From: Faecalibaculum rodentium
GTDB taxonomy: Bacteria > Bacillota_I > Bacilli_A > Erysipelotrichales > Erysipelotrichaceae
Direction of reading: 5' to 3'
Length of the DNA: 32,000 nt
Assembly: GCF_001564455.1 (NCBI RefSeq)
Contig: NZ_CP011391.1
Coordinates: 1,830,001-1,862,000 of the forward strand
Position 1 is the stretch's first letter. Each line of letters opens with the position of its first letter. The notes beneath the pieces are model-generated. The model was given only the letters and a program-made list of their open reading frames with translations. It had not been told where the DNA came from and did not search any database. Positions 1 through 8,707 of this stretch are shown piece by piece. The translations under genes were made by a program, and so were the position numbers.

Positions 1-711
1 GATGAGCATATCGTCTGCGTATCTCGTGAATCTCAGCCCTCTGCTTTCCAGTTCCTTGTCTGCCTGGTCCAGATAGATGTTGGCCAGTACCGGCGAAAGC
101 GGCCCTCCCTGCGGGATGCCTCTTTCTGTCCTGACAAGCCTTCCGTCTATCATGACTCCCGCTCTGACGAACTTCCTTGTCAGCGACGTGACGTCCCTGT
201 TATGGAACAGGTTGTCTATCAGGCGGATCAGTCTGTCCTGGTCTACCGTATCGAAGAATTTCCTCAGGTCGATGTCGACGATCCAGTCATACCCGTCGTT
301 CATGAACTCGAGGCCTTTCAGTATCGCCTGTTCACATCTCCTGTTCTTCCTGAACCCGTATGAGCTGTTGCTCATCTCGAGGTCCTTCCTGTAATCCAGA
401 TAGCTTGCCAGACAGGCCTGCACGACTCTGTCTCTGGCTGCCGGGACATTCAGTCCCCGCATGCTCCCATCCGGTTTCGGGATATCGGTCCTTTTGGCTG
501 GCAGTGGTTTATAGCTGCGGTCCAGTATCTGTTCCCGCAACTGTTCCCAGTACTCTCCGGGGCACACAGGGAGTTCTCTGGCTTTGACCCCATCTACTCC
601 CGCCGCTCCGTTGTTTCGTCGTACCTGTCTGCACGCATTGGTCAGGTTCTCCATGGAGAAGATTTCCTGAGTGCTCAGGTCTTCCGGCTGTATCAGTCTG
701 GTCTGGTTCAT
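1..711 (-). CDS. Group II intron reverse transcriptase/maturase, N-terminal 237 codons (partial, runs off the window)
   Basis: Same frame and sequence as 15607..16956 at offset 16245. One F->L and one synonymous change fall in the visible part. RBS GGAG precedes the ATG at 711. Confidence 0.9.
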   Translation of the reverse strand, partial: MNQTRLIQPEDLSTQEIFSMENLTNACRQVRRNNGAAGVDGVKARELPVCPGEYWEQLREQILDRSYKPLPAKRTDIPKPDGSMRGLNVPAARDRVVQACLASYLDYRKDLEMSNSSYGFRKNRRCEQAILKGLEFMNDGYDWIVDIDLRKFFDTVDQDRLIRLIDNLFHNRDVTSLTRKFVRAGVMIDGRLVRTERGIPQGGPLSPVLANIYLDQADKELESRGLRFTRYADDMLI

Positions 712-1246
712 GGCTGCTCCTTTCTTTCACGTGTTCCTGCACTGCCCTTCCTTACTCATCTTCAGGGGCTCTCTGGGTTTGTCCTTTGTCGGTTTGTTGT
801 GCAGGACGCATTCCTGATATTTGCAGTAAATTGTACGTTCGGCCCTTCACTCCATCCCCATTACAGGGACTTCTTCGCTACTATGGCCTCGGCTGACTTC
901 CTGCCATTCGTTGTTACTGCGGGAAGGGGGTCATCATGGTTTGATGATTCCTCTCGCTGGCAGGACCTCCCCGGGTAAGCTCATACATCCTTCATTCCAT
1001 ATACCTGCCGCATTTACCCCAGACAGTCATCCGCAACTATTACGACTTTGCGCTGTTTCGCACGCTCGTCTCCGTCTGTGGCCTTATATGCGGTTCGTGT
1101 TCCTCAGGCCGGAACTTTGCCGCCGGGCTTCTTTCAGAACTCCTGTTACCAGTGAGCCCCTTGCCTTGAGCTAATGGTTAGCGGTTGCGATGATACGCTC
1201 CCATAGTGGACTTTCACCACCTGGATGTATGCCATGCCGGGCACAC
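1..1246 (-). mobile_element. Group II intron, bacterial class C (IIC), copy 1. Only the 5' 1.25 kb is in the window.
   Basis: The minus-strand 5' end at 1246 reads GTGTGCCCGGCATGG (GUGYG consensus). 1..1246 aligns to 16246..17491 with 6 substitutions (381, 415, 774, 913, 980, 990). It is inserted 7 nt after a terminator hairpin. Confidence 0.9.
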
Positions 1247-1273
1247 GAAAAAAAGACACCCAAATGGGTGTCT
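1247..1273 (-). terminator. Rho-independent terminator with no cognate CDS; homing site of intron copy 1
   Basis: Minus strand reads AGACACCC-ATTT-GGGTGTCT followed by TTTTTTC, then the intron 5' GTGTG. Confidence 0.7.
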
Positions 1274-1512
1274 CCCCCGCGGTCGACGAATTTACAAGAC
1301 GCTTAAGCATAATGCTCGATACCGCGGGTAGTCAGTGTATTGCTACCTGCATATTTATTTAATCATATGGATCTCTCCAAAACAACAAACATCCTTCTCC
1401 GGGTTACAATCTCCGTTTTCTGATTCTCAAGAGTCCTGCTGCCTGCATACTCATTAAACCATGCATTTTTTTAAAAATAACAGCCATTCTCCTGCACACT
1501 CCACCATCACCT

Positions 1513-1632
1513 CAAACATTGGTGGTGACGCCCGTACTCCACTCTCCATCATCCGCACAATCCTGCACAGTCCCCAATCCCCCAAACATTGGTGGTGACG
1601 TCCGTATTCACGGCCGGCACCACCAATGTTTG
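1513..1632. repeat. Repeat cluster: two direct ~28-nt copies plus a perfect 15-bp inverted copy
   Basis: CAAACATTGGTGGTGACGCCCGTACTCC lies at 1513-1540 and CAAACATTGGTGGTGACGTCCGTATTCA at 1583-1610. The inverted partner CACCACCAATGTTTG lies at 1618-1632, giving a 15-bp stem with a 20-nt loop, 17 nt before the ATG at 1649. Confidence 0.85.
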
Positions 1633-1648
1633 TGCTATCCTTTGTAGT

Positions 1649-2767
1649 ATGGATGACAGAAAAATATACCGGAAAGCCCGCAACCACGTTGTGTGGCACC
1701 TCATCTTTTACTTCCTGCTGGTCTGCGTATTCGTCATCGGCACGGACCTGGTCCTGAACCTCGACTTCCTGAAGTTTGCGGAAACCGGTCAGCACCAGAC
1801 TTTTATCCTGGTCTCTCTGATCGAAATCTTCCTCTGGCTGCTCCTGTTTCTGGGGCTATCCACCGGCCAGAAATGGGTGCGGTGGCTGTACTGGGTGATG
1901 TATCTCCTGGAAGTGGCTTCCTTCTGGATCCCGGTGCGGGCCATGATGAATGACTGGACTCACATCTTTGTGTACCTCACCTGGATGTTCTGCCTGTTCA
2001 TCAAACTCGCGATCCTCATGCAGACCGGTCTGTACTTTCACCAGAACCGCTGGGCGAGGGTCTATTACGACCATGTGCTGGAGGTCTATGACGATGATCC
2101 GCTGGATGACGCGCGTGCTGTTCCGGCGCGGACCATTGCCAGAACACCGGCAGGGGCTTATGTTCAGCCTGCCAACCCAGCCGAAGCAGCACAGGTACGC
2201 CAGACAGCTGCGGTGCAGCATCAATCCATGGACGCCATTCCCGAGGAAAAGCCTCTGACCTGGCCCCAGGTTTCAGTGAGACTGGGCATCTGCATCTATG
2301 GCGAACTGGTGGTGTTCCCGATCTTCGTCCAGATGTTCCAGGGCTGGTTCTCGAGCCTGGATATGCGCAGTGTCTTTGCGACCCGCGATATGTTCCTGCT
2401 CTGCATCTTCACCGCCTTCATCTGGACCATTCCTGTGTTCTTCCTCTACTACTCTCAGAAAGGTACCCGCCGCGTGATCTATGGTGTGATCGCCGCAGAG
2501 GCCCTGTTCTCGGCCTGGTTTGCGACCCGGCTCATGGCCTACCATGACACCGGTCTCTATCCTGACCGGGTCTTCATCCTGTTCATACTCCTGGACATCA
2601 TCCGCTATGGCCTCATCGGTGCAGTCATCTCGCCTGTACTCATGGGCAAAGCCAAACGCGATCCCCATCACCGGCAGGATATGGGACTGCGTCTGGACCA
2701 GGCCGACTTGCCTGATCTGGAGCCGGAGGATGACTATGACGAGGACGAAGACGAGTACGAGGAATGA
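1649..2767 (+). CDS. Polytopic membrane protein of unknown function, with two hydrophobic blocks, a Pro/Ala linker and an acidic tail
   Basis: Long ORF with multiple hydrophobic helices. The C-terminus is EPEDDYDEDEDEYEE. I chose the first ATG (1649); the track start at 1589 is a TTG inside the hairpin. No Shine-Dalgarno site is seen. Confidence 0.65.
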   Translation: MDDRKIYRKARNHVVWHLIFYFLLVCVFVIGTDLVLNLDFLKFAETGQHQTFILVSLIEIFLWLLLFLGLSTGQKWVRWLYWVMYLLEVASFWIPVRAMMNDWTHIFVYLTWMFCLFIKLAILMQTGLYFHQNRWARVYYDHVLEVYDDDPLDDARAVPARTIARTPAGAYVQPANPAEAAQVRQTAAVQHQSMDAIPEEKPLTWPQVSVRLGICIYGELVVFPIFVQMFQGWFSSLDMRSVFATRDMFLLCIFTAFIWTIPVFFLYYSQKGTRRVIYGVIAAEALFSAWFATRLMAYHDTGLYPDRVFILFILLDIIRYGLIGAVISPVLMGKAKRDPHHRQDMGLRLDQADLPDLEPEDDYDEDEDEYEE

Positions 2768-2793
2768 GTCTCCCGCTTCATGTTCGGAATCAG

Positions 2794-2849
2794 AAAAAGC
2801 CATGAACCTGCATCAGCCCAGACGGGACTGTTTCGGTTCATGGCTTTTT
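2794..2849. terminator. Bidirectional terminator between convergent genes
   Basis: AAAAA-GCCATGAACC ... GGTTCATGGC-TTTTT, with a secondary inner stem in the loop. Confidence 0.6.
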
Positions 2850-2929
2850 GCTTCGCGGTTTTCCGTGACGCCATTCACGGAAGGGTGCTGTCCCCGAACT
2901 CAGCCGGCAGGCACCGGAATCAGTCGGAA

Positions 2930-3703
2930 TCAGTTCCCGGCTTCGGTGTCGACACCAAAGGCTTTCATCAGCGCCGGGAAATCTCCATGCGGCCACTGGT
3001 CTGTACCCAGGTTCTTCCGGTCAATGAGATGTTCGGTCAGCAGAAACGTCTGCATGCCCAGGGAACGGGCAATCATGTCTTCACTCGTATCGTTGCCGAT
3101 CATGATGCACTTCGCCGGATCCAGTTGATTTCGCTCCAGGATCTCTGTATAGTACGCCGGATTCGGCTTGCACCTTGTGGAGTTTTCATAGGTTGTGATA
3201 TCCGCAAAGATCGCCGGATCCACGCCCGCCCACTGCAGGCGCTGTCTGACGGCGGTTTCCGGAAAAATCGGGTTGGTGGCCAGGATCAGGCGCCAGCCCT
3301 GTTTCTTCAGTTCCTCCAGAAACGCACCGGTTCCCTCGCGTATTGGGCAGGCCGGCTGTGCGGCATCAAATCCCGTCCGGTAGAAGGCATCGAAGTCTTC
3401 CTTATGAGTGGAAATCCCCGGGAACCGGCTCTCCATGAGCTCCCACAGCCGCGTTTCGTTCGTCACATCAAGGTCATTGCCGACCATAAGCCCCACGGAC
3501 TCCCAGAGCGTTTTCTGCATCAGCGCCGGATCGTACCGGTCGGCAAAGGCCTGGGACAGGGCGTGCATGTAGAGCTTCACGAACAGCTCTTCGTCCATGG
3601 GCAGCAGCGTGCCATCCAGGTCAAAGAGCAGAGTATCGGCGCGGGAAACATCCAGTTCCGGCGCAGCCTGTGTTCCAGCCAGGTGCTTGTCAGTCATTGT
3701 CAT
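2930..3703 (-). CDS. HAD-superfamily hydrolase (phosphatase-like)
   Basis: Motif I LLFDLDGTLL, then ATNPIFP, and motif IV MIGNDTSEDM. Confidence 0.85.
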   Translation of the reverse strand: MTMTDKHLAGTQAAPELDVSRADTLLFDLDGTLLPMDEELFVKLYMHALSQAFADRYDPALMQKTLWESVGLMVGNDLDVTNETRLWELMESRFPGISTHKEDFDAFYRTGFDAAQPACPIREGTGAFLEELKKQGWRLILATNPIFPETAVRQRLQWAGVDPAIFADITTYENSTRCKPNPAYYTEILERNQLDPAKCIMIGNDTSEDMIARSLGMQTFLLTEHLIDRKNLGTDQWPHGDFPALMKAFGVDTEAGN

Positions 3704-3738
3704 GGTTCCATTATACGGACCGTCCCCGAAATTGCCCG

Positions 3739-3769
3739 CAAAAAACCGGCAGTCATCCCACTGCCGGTT
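3739..3769 (-). terminator. Rho-independent terminator downstream of the Na/Pi transporter gene
   Basis: Minus strand reads AACCGGCAG-N8-CTGCCGGTT followed by TTTTTTG. Confidence 0.6.
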
Positions 3770-3867
3770 TTCTCTGTATCTGTATGTGAGTCATGTCGTT
3801 CTGCCCGATGGATGAAGCGCGTCTTTCTGACAGACTGCCGCCATCGAACTTTACAGACTGCTGGATA

Positions 3868-5445
3868 TTACTGGATTTCGTGATTTCTGGCCAGCATTTC
3901 GGCGTGGTCCGAAATCCGCTCATATCGCCGGATGCAATCCAGGCAGGCAACCGCATGGCTTGCCTTCATGGTACCGGCATCCATCTGGTCGAGAACCTGC
4001 TGGCGCAGTTCCTTCTCCAGGGCATCCACGGCCTCTTCCTGCTCCAGGGCTTCATCTACGCGTTCATGACGCGCCAGTTTCAGCGTCCGAGCAGCGCTGC
4101 GTGCGAGCTTTTTCAGGCCTTCCTGACAGCTCTCGCAGTCCCCGTCTGCCTTGCCGCGGATCGCCGCCACCTGCACGCTGAGTTCCATGATCCGGGAGAT
4201 GTCCGTCAGGGACATCATATCGCGTTCACTCCGCTGATGTTCCCCCTGGCTCATCACCGAGGTGTTCAGCCCCTGCAGTGCTTCCGTGATATCCTGCCGC
4301 ATCTCCTCGACAGATTTCTGGCGGTCTTCCAGTACCTTTTCAGGGGATTCTGCGGATTCCTTCACCGCCTCCTGGGCGATTTTGCTCATGGCATAAATCT
4401 GCGATTCAATGGCCTCCAGCGCAAGCGCAGGCGCTTCACCCATACGGGGATCCAGGCGCACAAATGCTCCCTTCTTTGTCTTCCCGGCCGCCGGAACAAG
4501 CTGTCCGGACAGTTTCACCAGCCAGCCCGCGAACGGGAACAGCATGATGGTGCACAGAACATTGAAGCTTGTGTGGAACACTGCCAGTTCCGTACCTGTC
4601 ACATTGGATTGTGCAATGGCCGGGTTGAACAGGAAGAATACCCAGAGGCAGAGTCCGATCACCACCGAACCGATAACATTGAACAGCAGGTGGATCACCG
4701 CTGCCCGCCGGGCGTTCCGGTCTGTGCCGATACAGGAAAGCAGAGCCGTTGCGCAGGTGCCGATATTCTGTCCCAGGGCAATGAACGCCGCGGCTCCCCA
4801 GTTCACGACACCGGCCATCGCCAGTGTCTGGAGAATACCCATGGAAGCCGAGGAAGACTGAATGATGGCAGTAACCACGGCACCGGTCAGCAGTCCGTAA
4901 ATCGGGTTGCTGCCCAGGAGGCGGAACGCATCGGCAAACACCGGTTCATCGGTATACGGCGCAATGGCCCCGGACATGGAATCCAGGCCCATGAACAGGA
5001 TACCGAAGCCGATCAGAATGTGTGCCACGTGTTTCAGCTGTTCTTTTTTGGCCGTCAGCAGGCACACCGTCCCGGCGAAGAGGAACGCAGGTGCGATCAT
5101 GGAGGGTTTCAGGAAGGCGCTCCATTCCCCCATGGATACGATCCACCCGGTCATTGTGGTACCGATGTTGGCACCCATGATCACGCCCACAGCCTGCTGG
5201 AGGGTCATGACGGAGGCGTTCACGAATCCCACCACCATGACTGTTGCGGCACTGGAGGACTGAATCAGTGCGGTGACCGCCGCACCGGTGAAGACAGCCG
5301 CCAGCCGGTTTCCTGTCAGGAACGCCATCAGTTTCCGGGCACGGCTTCCCGCTGCCTGCTGCAGACCTTCCGCCAGCAGGTGCATACCGTAAATAAACAT
5401 GCCCAGGCCTCCGGCGAAGGCGAGTATGGATTTCATGATCTCCAT
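3868..5445 (-). CDS. Na/Pi-cotransporter family protein with a C-terminal PhoU-like domain
   Basis: N-terminus LAFAGGLGMFIYGMHLLAEGLQ...ALIQSSSATVMVVG, repeated as AIIQSSSASMGILQ. Helical charged C-terminal half. RBS GAGGAAAGG. Confidence 0.9.
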   Translation of the reverse strand: MEIMKSILAFAGGLGMFIYGMHLLAEGLQQAAGSRARKLMAFLTGNRLAAVFTGAAVTALIQSSSAATVMVVGFVNASVMTLQQAVGVIMGANIGTTMTGWIVSMGEWSAFLKPSMIAPAFLFAGTVCLLTAKKEQLKHVAHILIGFGILFMGLDSMSGAIAPYTDEPVFADAFRLLGSNPIYGLLTGAVVTAIIQSSSASMGILQTLAMAGVVNWGAAAFIALGQNIGTCATALLSCIGTDRNARRAAVIHLLFNVIGSVVIGLCLWVFFLFNPAIAQSNVTGTELAVFHTSFNVLCTIMLFPFAGWLVKLSGQLVPAAGKTKKGAFVRLDPRMGEAPALALEAIESQIYAMSKIAQEAVKESAESPEKVLEDRQKSVEEMRQDITEALQGLNTSVMSQGEHQRSERDMMSLTDISRIMELSVQVAAIRGKADGDCESCQEGLKKLARSAARTLKLARHERVDEALEQEEAVDALEKELRQQVLDQMDAGTMKASHAVACLDCIRRYERISDHAEMLARNHEIQ

Positions 5446-5681
5446 GATAAATTTCCTTTCCTCAGACTCTCAAATCGGTCTGGTCTTTGACTTCAGTATA
5501 GAAAAGACCGGGACCGGTCATTGTAAGGTCTGTGTAAAGTCTTTCCGCCAGTGTGCGGTCAAGTCCGCCCGGATTTCCTGTAGGCGGTTTCAAAGGGATT
5601 CACATCGGGCATTCCCCGGCACAGCGATCCTTCTGGTGAGTCTGGCTGACAGCCATCGACAGCATCATGGTCTGACCTCTG

Positions 5682-5727
5682 CAAAAAGAGACCGGATCTC
5701 TCCAGTCTCTTCAATTACCGGTCTCTA
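5682..5727 (-). terminator. Rho-independent terminator of gpmI
   Basis: Minus strand reads AGAGACCGG-N22-CCGGTCTCT followed by TTTTT. The hairpin overlaps the stop codon. Confidence 0.6.
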
Positions 5728-7311
5728 TTTCATCTCTTCGATGATCGACGGACGCCAGTTCTCGTTGGGTTTTACATCCAGCAGCTGGCATACTGTCGCA
5801 GCGATATCGGACAGACCCATGTCATCGTCGTGCTTCAGCTTCACATCCGCACCGTAGACAATGAACGGAACCTTGTTCAGGGTGTGGCTTGTCTTGGCTT
5901 TGTGGACTTTTTCGCCTTCCTTGGGCTTGTCGTACATTTCATCCGCATTGCCGTGGTCGGCAGTCACCAGCAGGATGCCGTTGACTTTTTCCACAGCCTT
6001 CAGGATCCGGCCCAGTGCCAGGTCCACGGCTTCCACGCCAATGATCGTGGCTTCCAGGTTTCCGGTGTGGCCGACCATGTCGCCGTTGGGGTAGTTCGTG
6101 CGCAGGAACTGGTACTTTCCGCTTTCGATGGCTTCGATCAGCTTGTCGGTGATTTCCGCAGACTTCATCCAGGGACGCTGCTCAAAGGGAATCACGTCAC
6201 TGTCCACCTGCACATAGGTTTCCAGGTCTTCGCTGAATTTCTCGGAGCGGTTGCCGTTCCAGAAATAGGTTACGTGACCGAATTTCTGGGTCTCGGAAAT
6301 GGCATACTCGTTGATGCCTTCCTTCACCAGCTGCTCGGTGAGGGTGTACTTGATTTTCGGGGGTTCCGTCAGGTAGCGCTTCGGGATGTTCAGGTCTGCA
6401 TCATACTGCAGCATGCCTGCAAAGTTGACATCCGGCTTGTTTCCGCGGTCGAACTTGTCGAATTCTTCGTCTTCGTCGAATGCGCGGCAGATCTCCTGGG
6501 CGCGGTCGCCACGGAAGTTGAACAGGATGACAGAGTCACCGTCTTCGATCAGGCCCACAGGCTGTCCGTTTTCCGCAATGACAAACCCCGGCAGGTCCTG
6601 GTCCACAACACCGGTCTCGTTCCGGTAGGTTTCAATGGCTTCGGTTGCGTTCGCAAACTGACGTCCCTTGCCGTGAACGTGAATGTTCCAGCCTTCTTCC
6701 ACCATGGGCCAGTTGGCTTCATAGCGGTCCATGGTGATCTGCATGCGTCCGCCGCCGGAAGCGATCCGGGCATCGAAGTCTGCATCGTTGAGGCCATTCA
6801 TGAAGTTTTCGATTTCATCCACATAGGTCAGCGCACTGGTTTCCGGCACATCGCGTCCATCCAGCAGGATGTGTACGCGGACTTTCTTCACGCCTTCCGC
6901 CTTGGCTTCCTTGATCAGGGCTTCCAAGTGCTTGATGTGGGAGTGCACGTTTCCGTCCGACAGCAGGCCGATGAAATGCATCGCGTGACCGTCTTTGGCG
7001 CCTTCCACGAGTTCCTTCCAGGTTTTGGACTGGAACAGTTCACCGGATTCAATGTTCTCGTTGACGAGCTTGGCACCCTGAGAATAAATCTGGCCGCAGC
7101 CAATGGCGTTGTGGCCGACTTCGGAGTTGCCCATGTCTCCGTCAGTGGGGAGGCCGACAGCCAGGCCGTGTGCACGCAGCTCTGTGTGCGGGCAGGTTTC
7201 CCACAGCATGTCCAGTGTGGGTTTGTAGGCCATTTTCACGGCGTTGCCCAGTGTCTTGTCAGACAGACCGATACCGTCCATCACGACCAGAATGACAGGT
7301 CTTTTTTCCAT
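5725..7311 (-). CDS. gpmI: 2,3-bisphosphoglycerate-independent phosphoglycerate mutase
   Basis: 528 aa. N-terminus PVILVVMDGIG, GNSEVGHNAIGCG, and C-terminal TADHGNAD. RBS GGAGG. Confidence 0.95.
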   Translation of the reverse strand: MEKRPVILVVMDGIGLSDKTLGNAVKMAYKPTLDMLWETCPHTELRAHGLAVGLPTDGDMGNSEVGHNAIGCGQIYSQGAKLVNENIESGELFQSKTWKELVEGAKDGHAMHFIGLLSDGNVHSHIKHLEALIKEAKAEGVKKVRVHILLDGRDVPETSALTYVDEIENFMNGLNDADFDARIASGGGRMQITMDRYEANWPMVEEGWNIHVHGKGRQFANATEAIETYRNETGVVDQDLPGFVIAENGQPVGLIEDGDSVILFNFRGDRAQEICRAFDEDEEFDKFDRGNKPDVNFAGMLQYDADLNIPKRYLTEPPKIKYTLTEQLVKEGINEYAISETQKFGHVTYFWNGNRSEKFSEDLETYVQVDSDVIPFEQRPWMKSAEITDKLIEAIESGKYQFLRTNYPNGDMVGHTGNLEATIIGVEAVDLALGRILKAVEKVNGILLVTADHGNADEMYDKPKEGEKVHKAKTSHTLNKVPFIVYGADVKLKHDDDMGLSDIAATVCQLLDVKPNENWRPSIIEEMK

Positions 7312-7424
7312 TATTCAGTTTCCTCCTGTTGAATTTACCCTCACATTATACCGCAGTGTCGGGCTTCATGGAATGCACAGGGACCCCGCCGCACTATGAT
7401 GAAAGAAACAAGGAGGCATGACAT

Positions 7425-7697
7425 ATGACCTATCAATACCCGGCAGCGGTGTTCGAAACCGAAGACGGATGGACCGCTGTGTTCCCGGATCTGGATGGCC
7501 TGACGGTATCCGCAGCCACCATGGAAGGGCTCATGGAAGCCTGCAGGGAAGATATGCAGGCGTTTCTCTTCGCACAGAAAGCACAGGGGGCACCGCTGCC
7601 CCAGGCTTCCGGTGATATCACGGCACAGGACGTAATCCGCCGGTATTCCCTGCCCTATGCCAGCGGGAACATGGAAGAAATCACCGTCGAGGCATAA
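7425..7697 (+). CDS. HicB-like antitoxin-fold protein (N-terminal domain only), with no HicA partner
   Basis: YPAAVFETEDGWTAVFPDLDGLTVSAATMEGLMEACREDMQAFL matches the HicB/UPF0150 pattern. RBS AAGGAGG. Confidence 0.7.
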   Translation: MTYQYPAAVFETEDGWTAVFPDLDGLTVSAATMEGLMEACREDMQAFLFAQKAQGAPLPQASGDITAQDVIRRYSLPYASGNMEEITVEA

Positions 7698-7725
7698 ATC
7701 CATTCCCGGCATCATTCTGATGTTG

Positions 7726-7773
7726 AAAACCGGCTGCAGCCATATCCCCGGGATCGGACTGCAGCCGGTTTTT
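7726..7773 (+). terminator. Rho-independent terminator after the HicB-like gene
   Basis: AAAACCGGCTGCAG-N19-CTGCAGCCGGTTTTT. Confidence 0.7.
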
Positions 7774-7892
7774 GGCCGGAGTGTCAAACCACTCTGGCAT
7801 CCACAGATGCAGCCGGCTGATATTTCACCACCCGCTTATCCTCGCAATCTCTCCTCCCTTCCCCACATTCCGCCATCCCCCTCACACAGCGT

Positions 7893-7939
7893 CTGAAACG
7901 GCAAAAGCGGAGCGATACGCTCCGCTTTTGCCGTTTCAG
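7893..7939. terminator. Bidirectional terminator (perfect 22-bp palindrome) ending the ABC transporter operon
   Basis: CTGAAACGGCAAAAGCGGAGCG-ATA-CGCTCCGCTTTTGCCGTTTCAG. The GC core GCGGAGCG is flanked by A and T tracts on both strands. Confidence 0.7.
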
Positions 7940-7957
7940 TGGCTGTGTGGCTGTCTG

Positions 7958-8698
7958 TTACCGGTTGGAATACCTGGACAGGAACTGCTGTGTACGCTCC
8001 TGCTTCGGGTTGCCGAAGATCTCCTCCGGCGTACCCTGCTCCGCGATCACGCCCTTGTCCATGAAAATCACCCGGTCACTGACCTCACGCGCAAACTGCA
8101 TCTCGTGCGTCACAATGACCATTGTCAGACCCTGTGCTGCCAGGTCCTTCATGACATCCAGCACATCCCCGACCATTTCCGGGTCCAGCGCGCTGGTGGG
8201 CTCGTCAAACAGCAGTACCTCGGGATCCATCGCCAGAGCCCGGGCAATCGCCACGCGCTGTTTCTGACCCCCGGACAGTCTGGTGGAATCCGCGTTCGCA
8301 AATTCCGCCATGCCCACCTGCTTCAGGTGCTTCATGGCTTTCTCCTGCGCTGTTTTTTTATCCCGGCCCAGGACCTTCACCTGCCCGATCGTGCAGTTGT
8401 CCAGCACATTCATGTTGTTGAACAGATTGAAGCTCTGGAACACCATGGAGACCTTTGCCCGGTACTTGCTTACTTTGTTTCCCAGACTCCGGATGTCCTG
8501 TCCCTCGAACACGATTTCCCCGCCATCCGGGATTTCCAGCAGGTTGATGCACCGAAGCAGGGTGCTTTTGCCGGAACCGGAAGACCCGATCACCGTCACC
8601 ACTTCGCCTTTGTCCACATTGAAATCCACGTCATTGAGCACCTGCAGATCGCCGAAATGCTTCTGCAGATGCTTGATGTCTATGATTTTTTCTGCCAT
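7958..8698 (-). CDS. Amino-acid ABC transporter ATP-binding protein (polar amino acid type)
   Basis: Walker [10 protein letters not shown], signature [15 protein letters not shown], Walker [22 protein letters not shown]. Confidence 0.95.
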   Translation of the reverse strand: MAEKIIDIKHLQKHFGDLQVLNDVDFNVDKGEVVTVIGSSGSGKSTLLRCINLLEIPDGGEIVFEGQDIRSLGNKVSKYRAKVSMVFQSFNLFNNMNVLDNCTIGQVKVLGRDKKTAQEKAMKHLKQVGMAEFANADSTRLSGGQKQRVAIARALAMDPEVLLFDEPTSALDPEMVGDVLDVMKDLAAQGLTMVIVTHEMQFAREVSDRVIFMDKGVIAEQGTPEEIFGNPKQERTQQFLSRYSNR

Positions 8699-8707
8699 AT
8701 GACCTCC

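Noticed and set aside
1513-1632. Possible mini CRISPR array: ~28-nt repeats separated by a ~42-nt spacer
   Set aside because: There are only two direct copies and they differ at 2 positions. The third copy is inverted and partial. No cas genes or leader are present. I treat it as a repeat/operator cluster instead.
1454-1795. 113-aa minus-strand ORF as the gene served by the 1247..1273 terminator
   Set aside because: It is antisense to the N-terminus of the membrane protein gene. It has no RBS and ends about 180 nt before the terminator. Its composition looks like shadow-frame translation.
3793-5490. Long plus-strand ORFs (565 aa here; also 2780..3883, 5830..7332, 7772..9097, 9734..10363, 11385..12434 and 12278..13294) that mirror annotated minus-strand genes
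   Set aside because: They lie antisense to genes with clear family signatures. Their compositions are Arg/Gly/His/Pro-rich and low in complexity, and they lack RBSs. They are typical shadow ORFs of GC-rich coding DNA.
7341-7425. A hidden hicA toxin gene upstream of the HicB-like gene
   Set aside because: The only ORF there is 17 codons (MECTGTPPHYDERNKEA), far shorter than HicA and without its dsRBD-like pattern.
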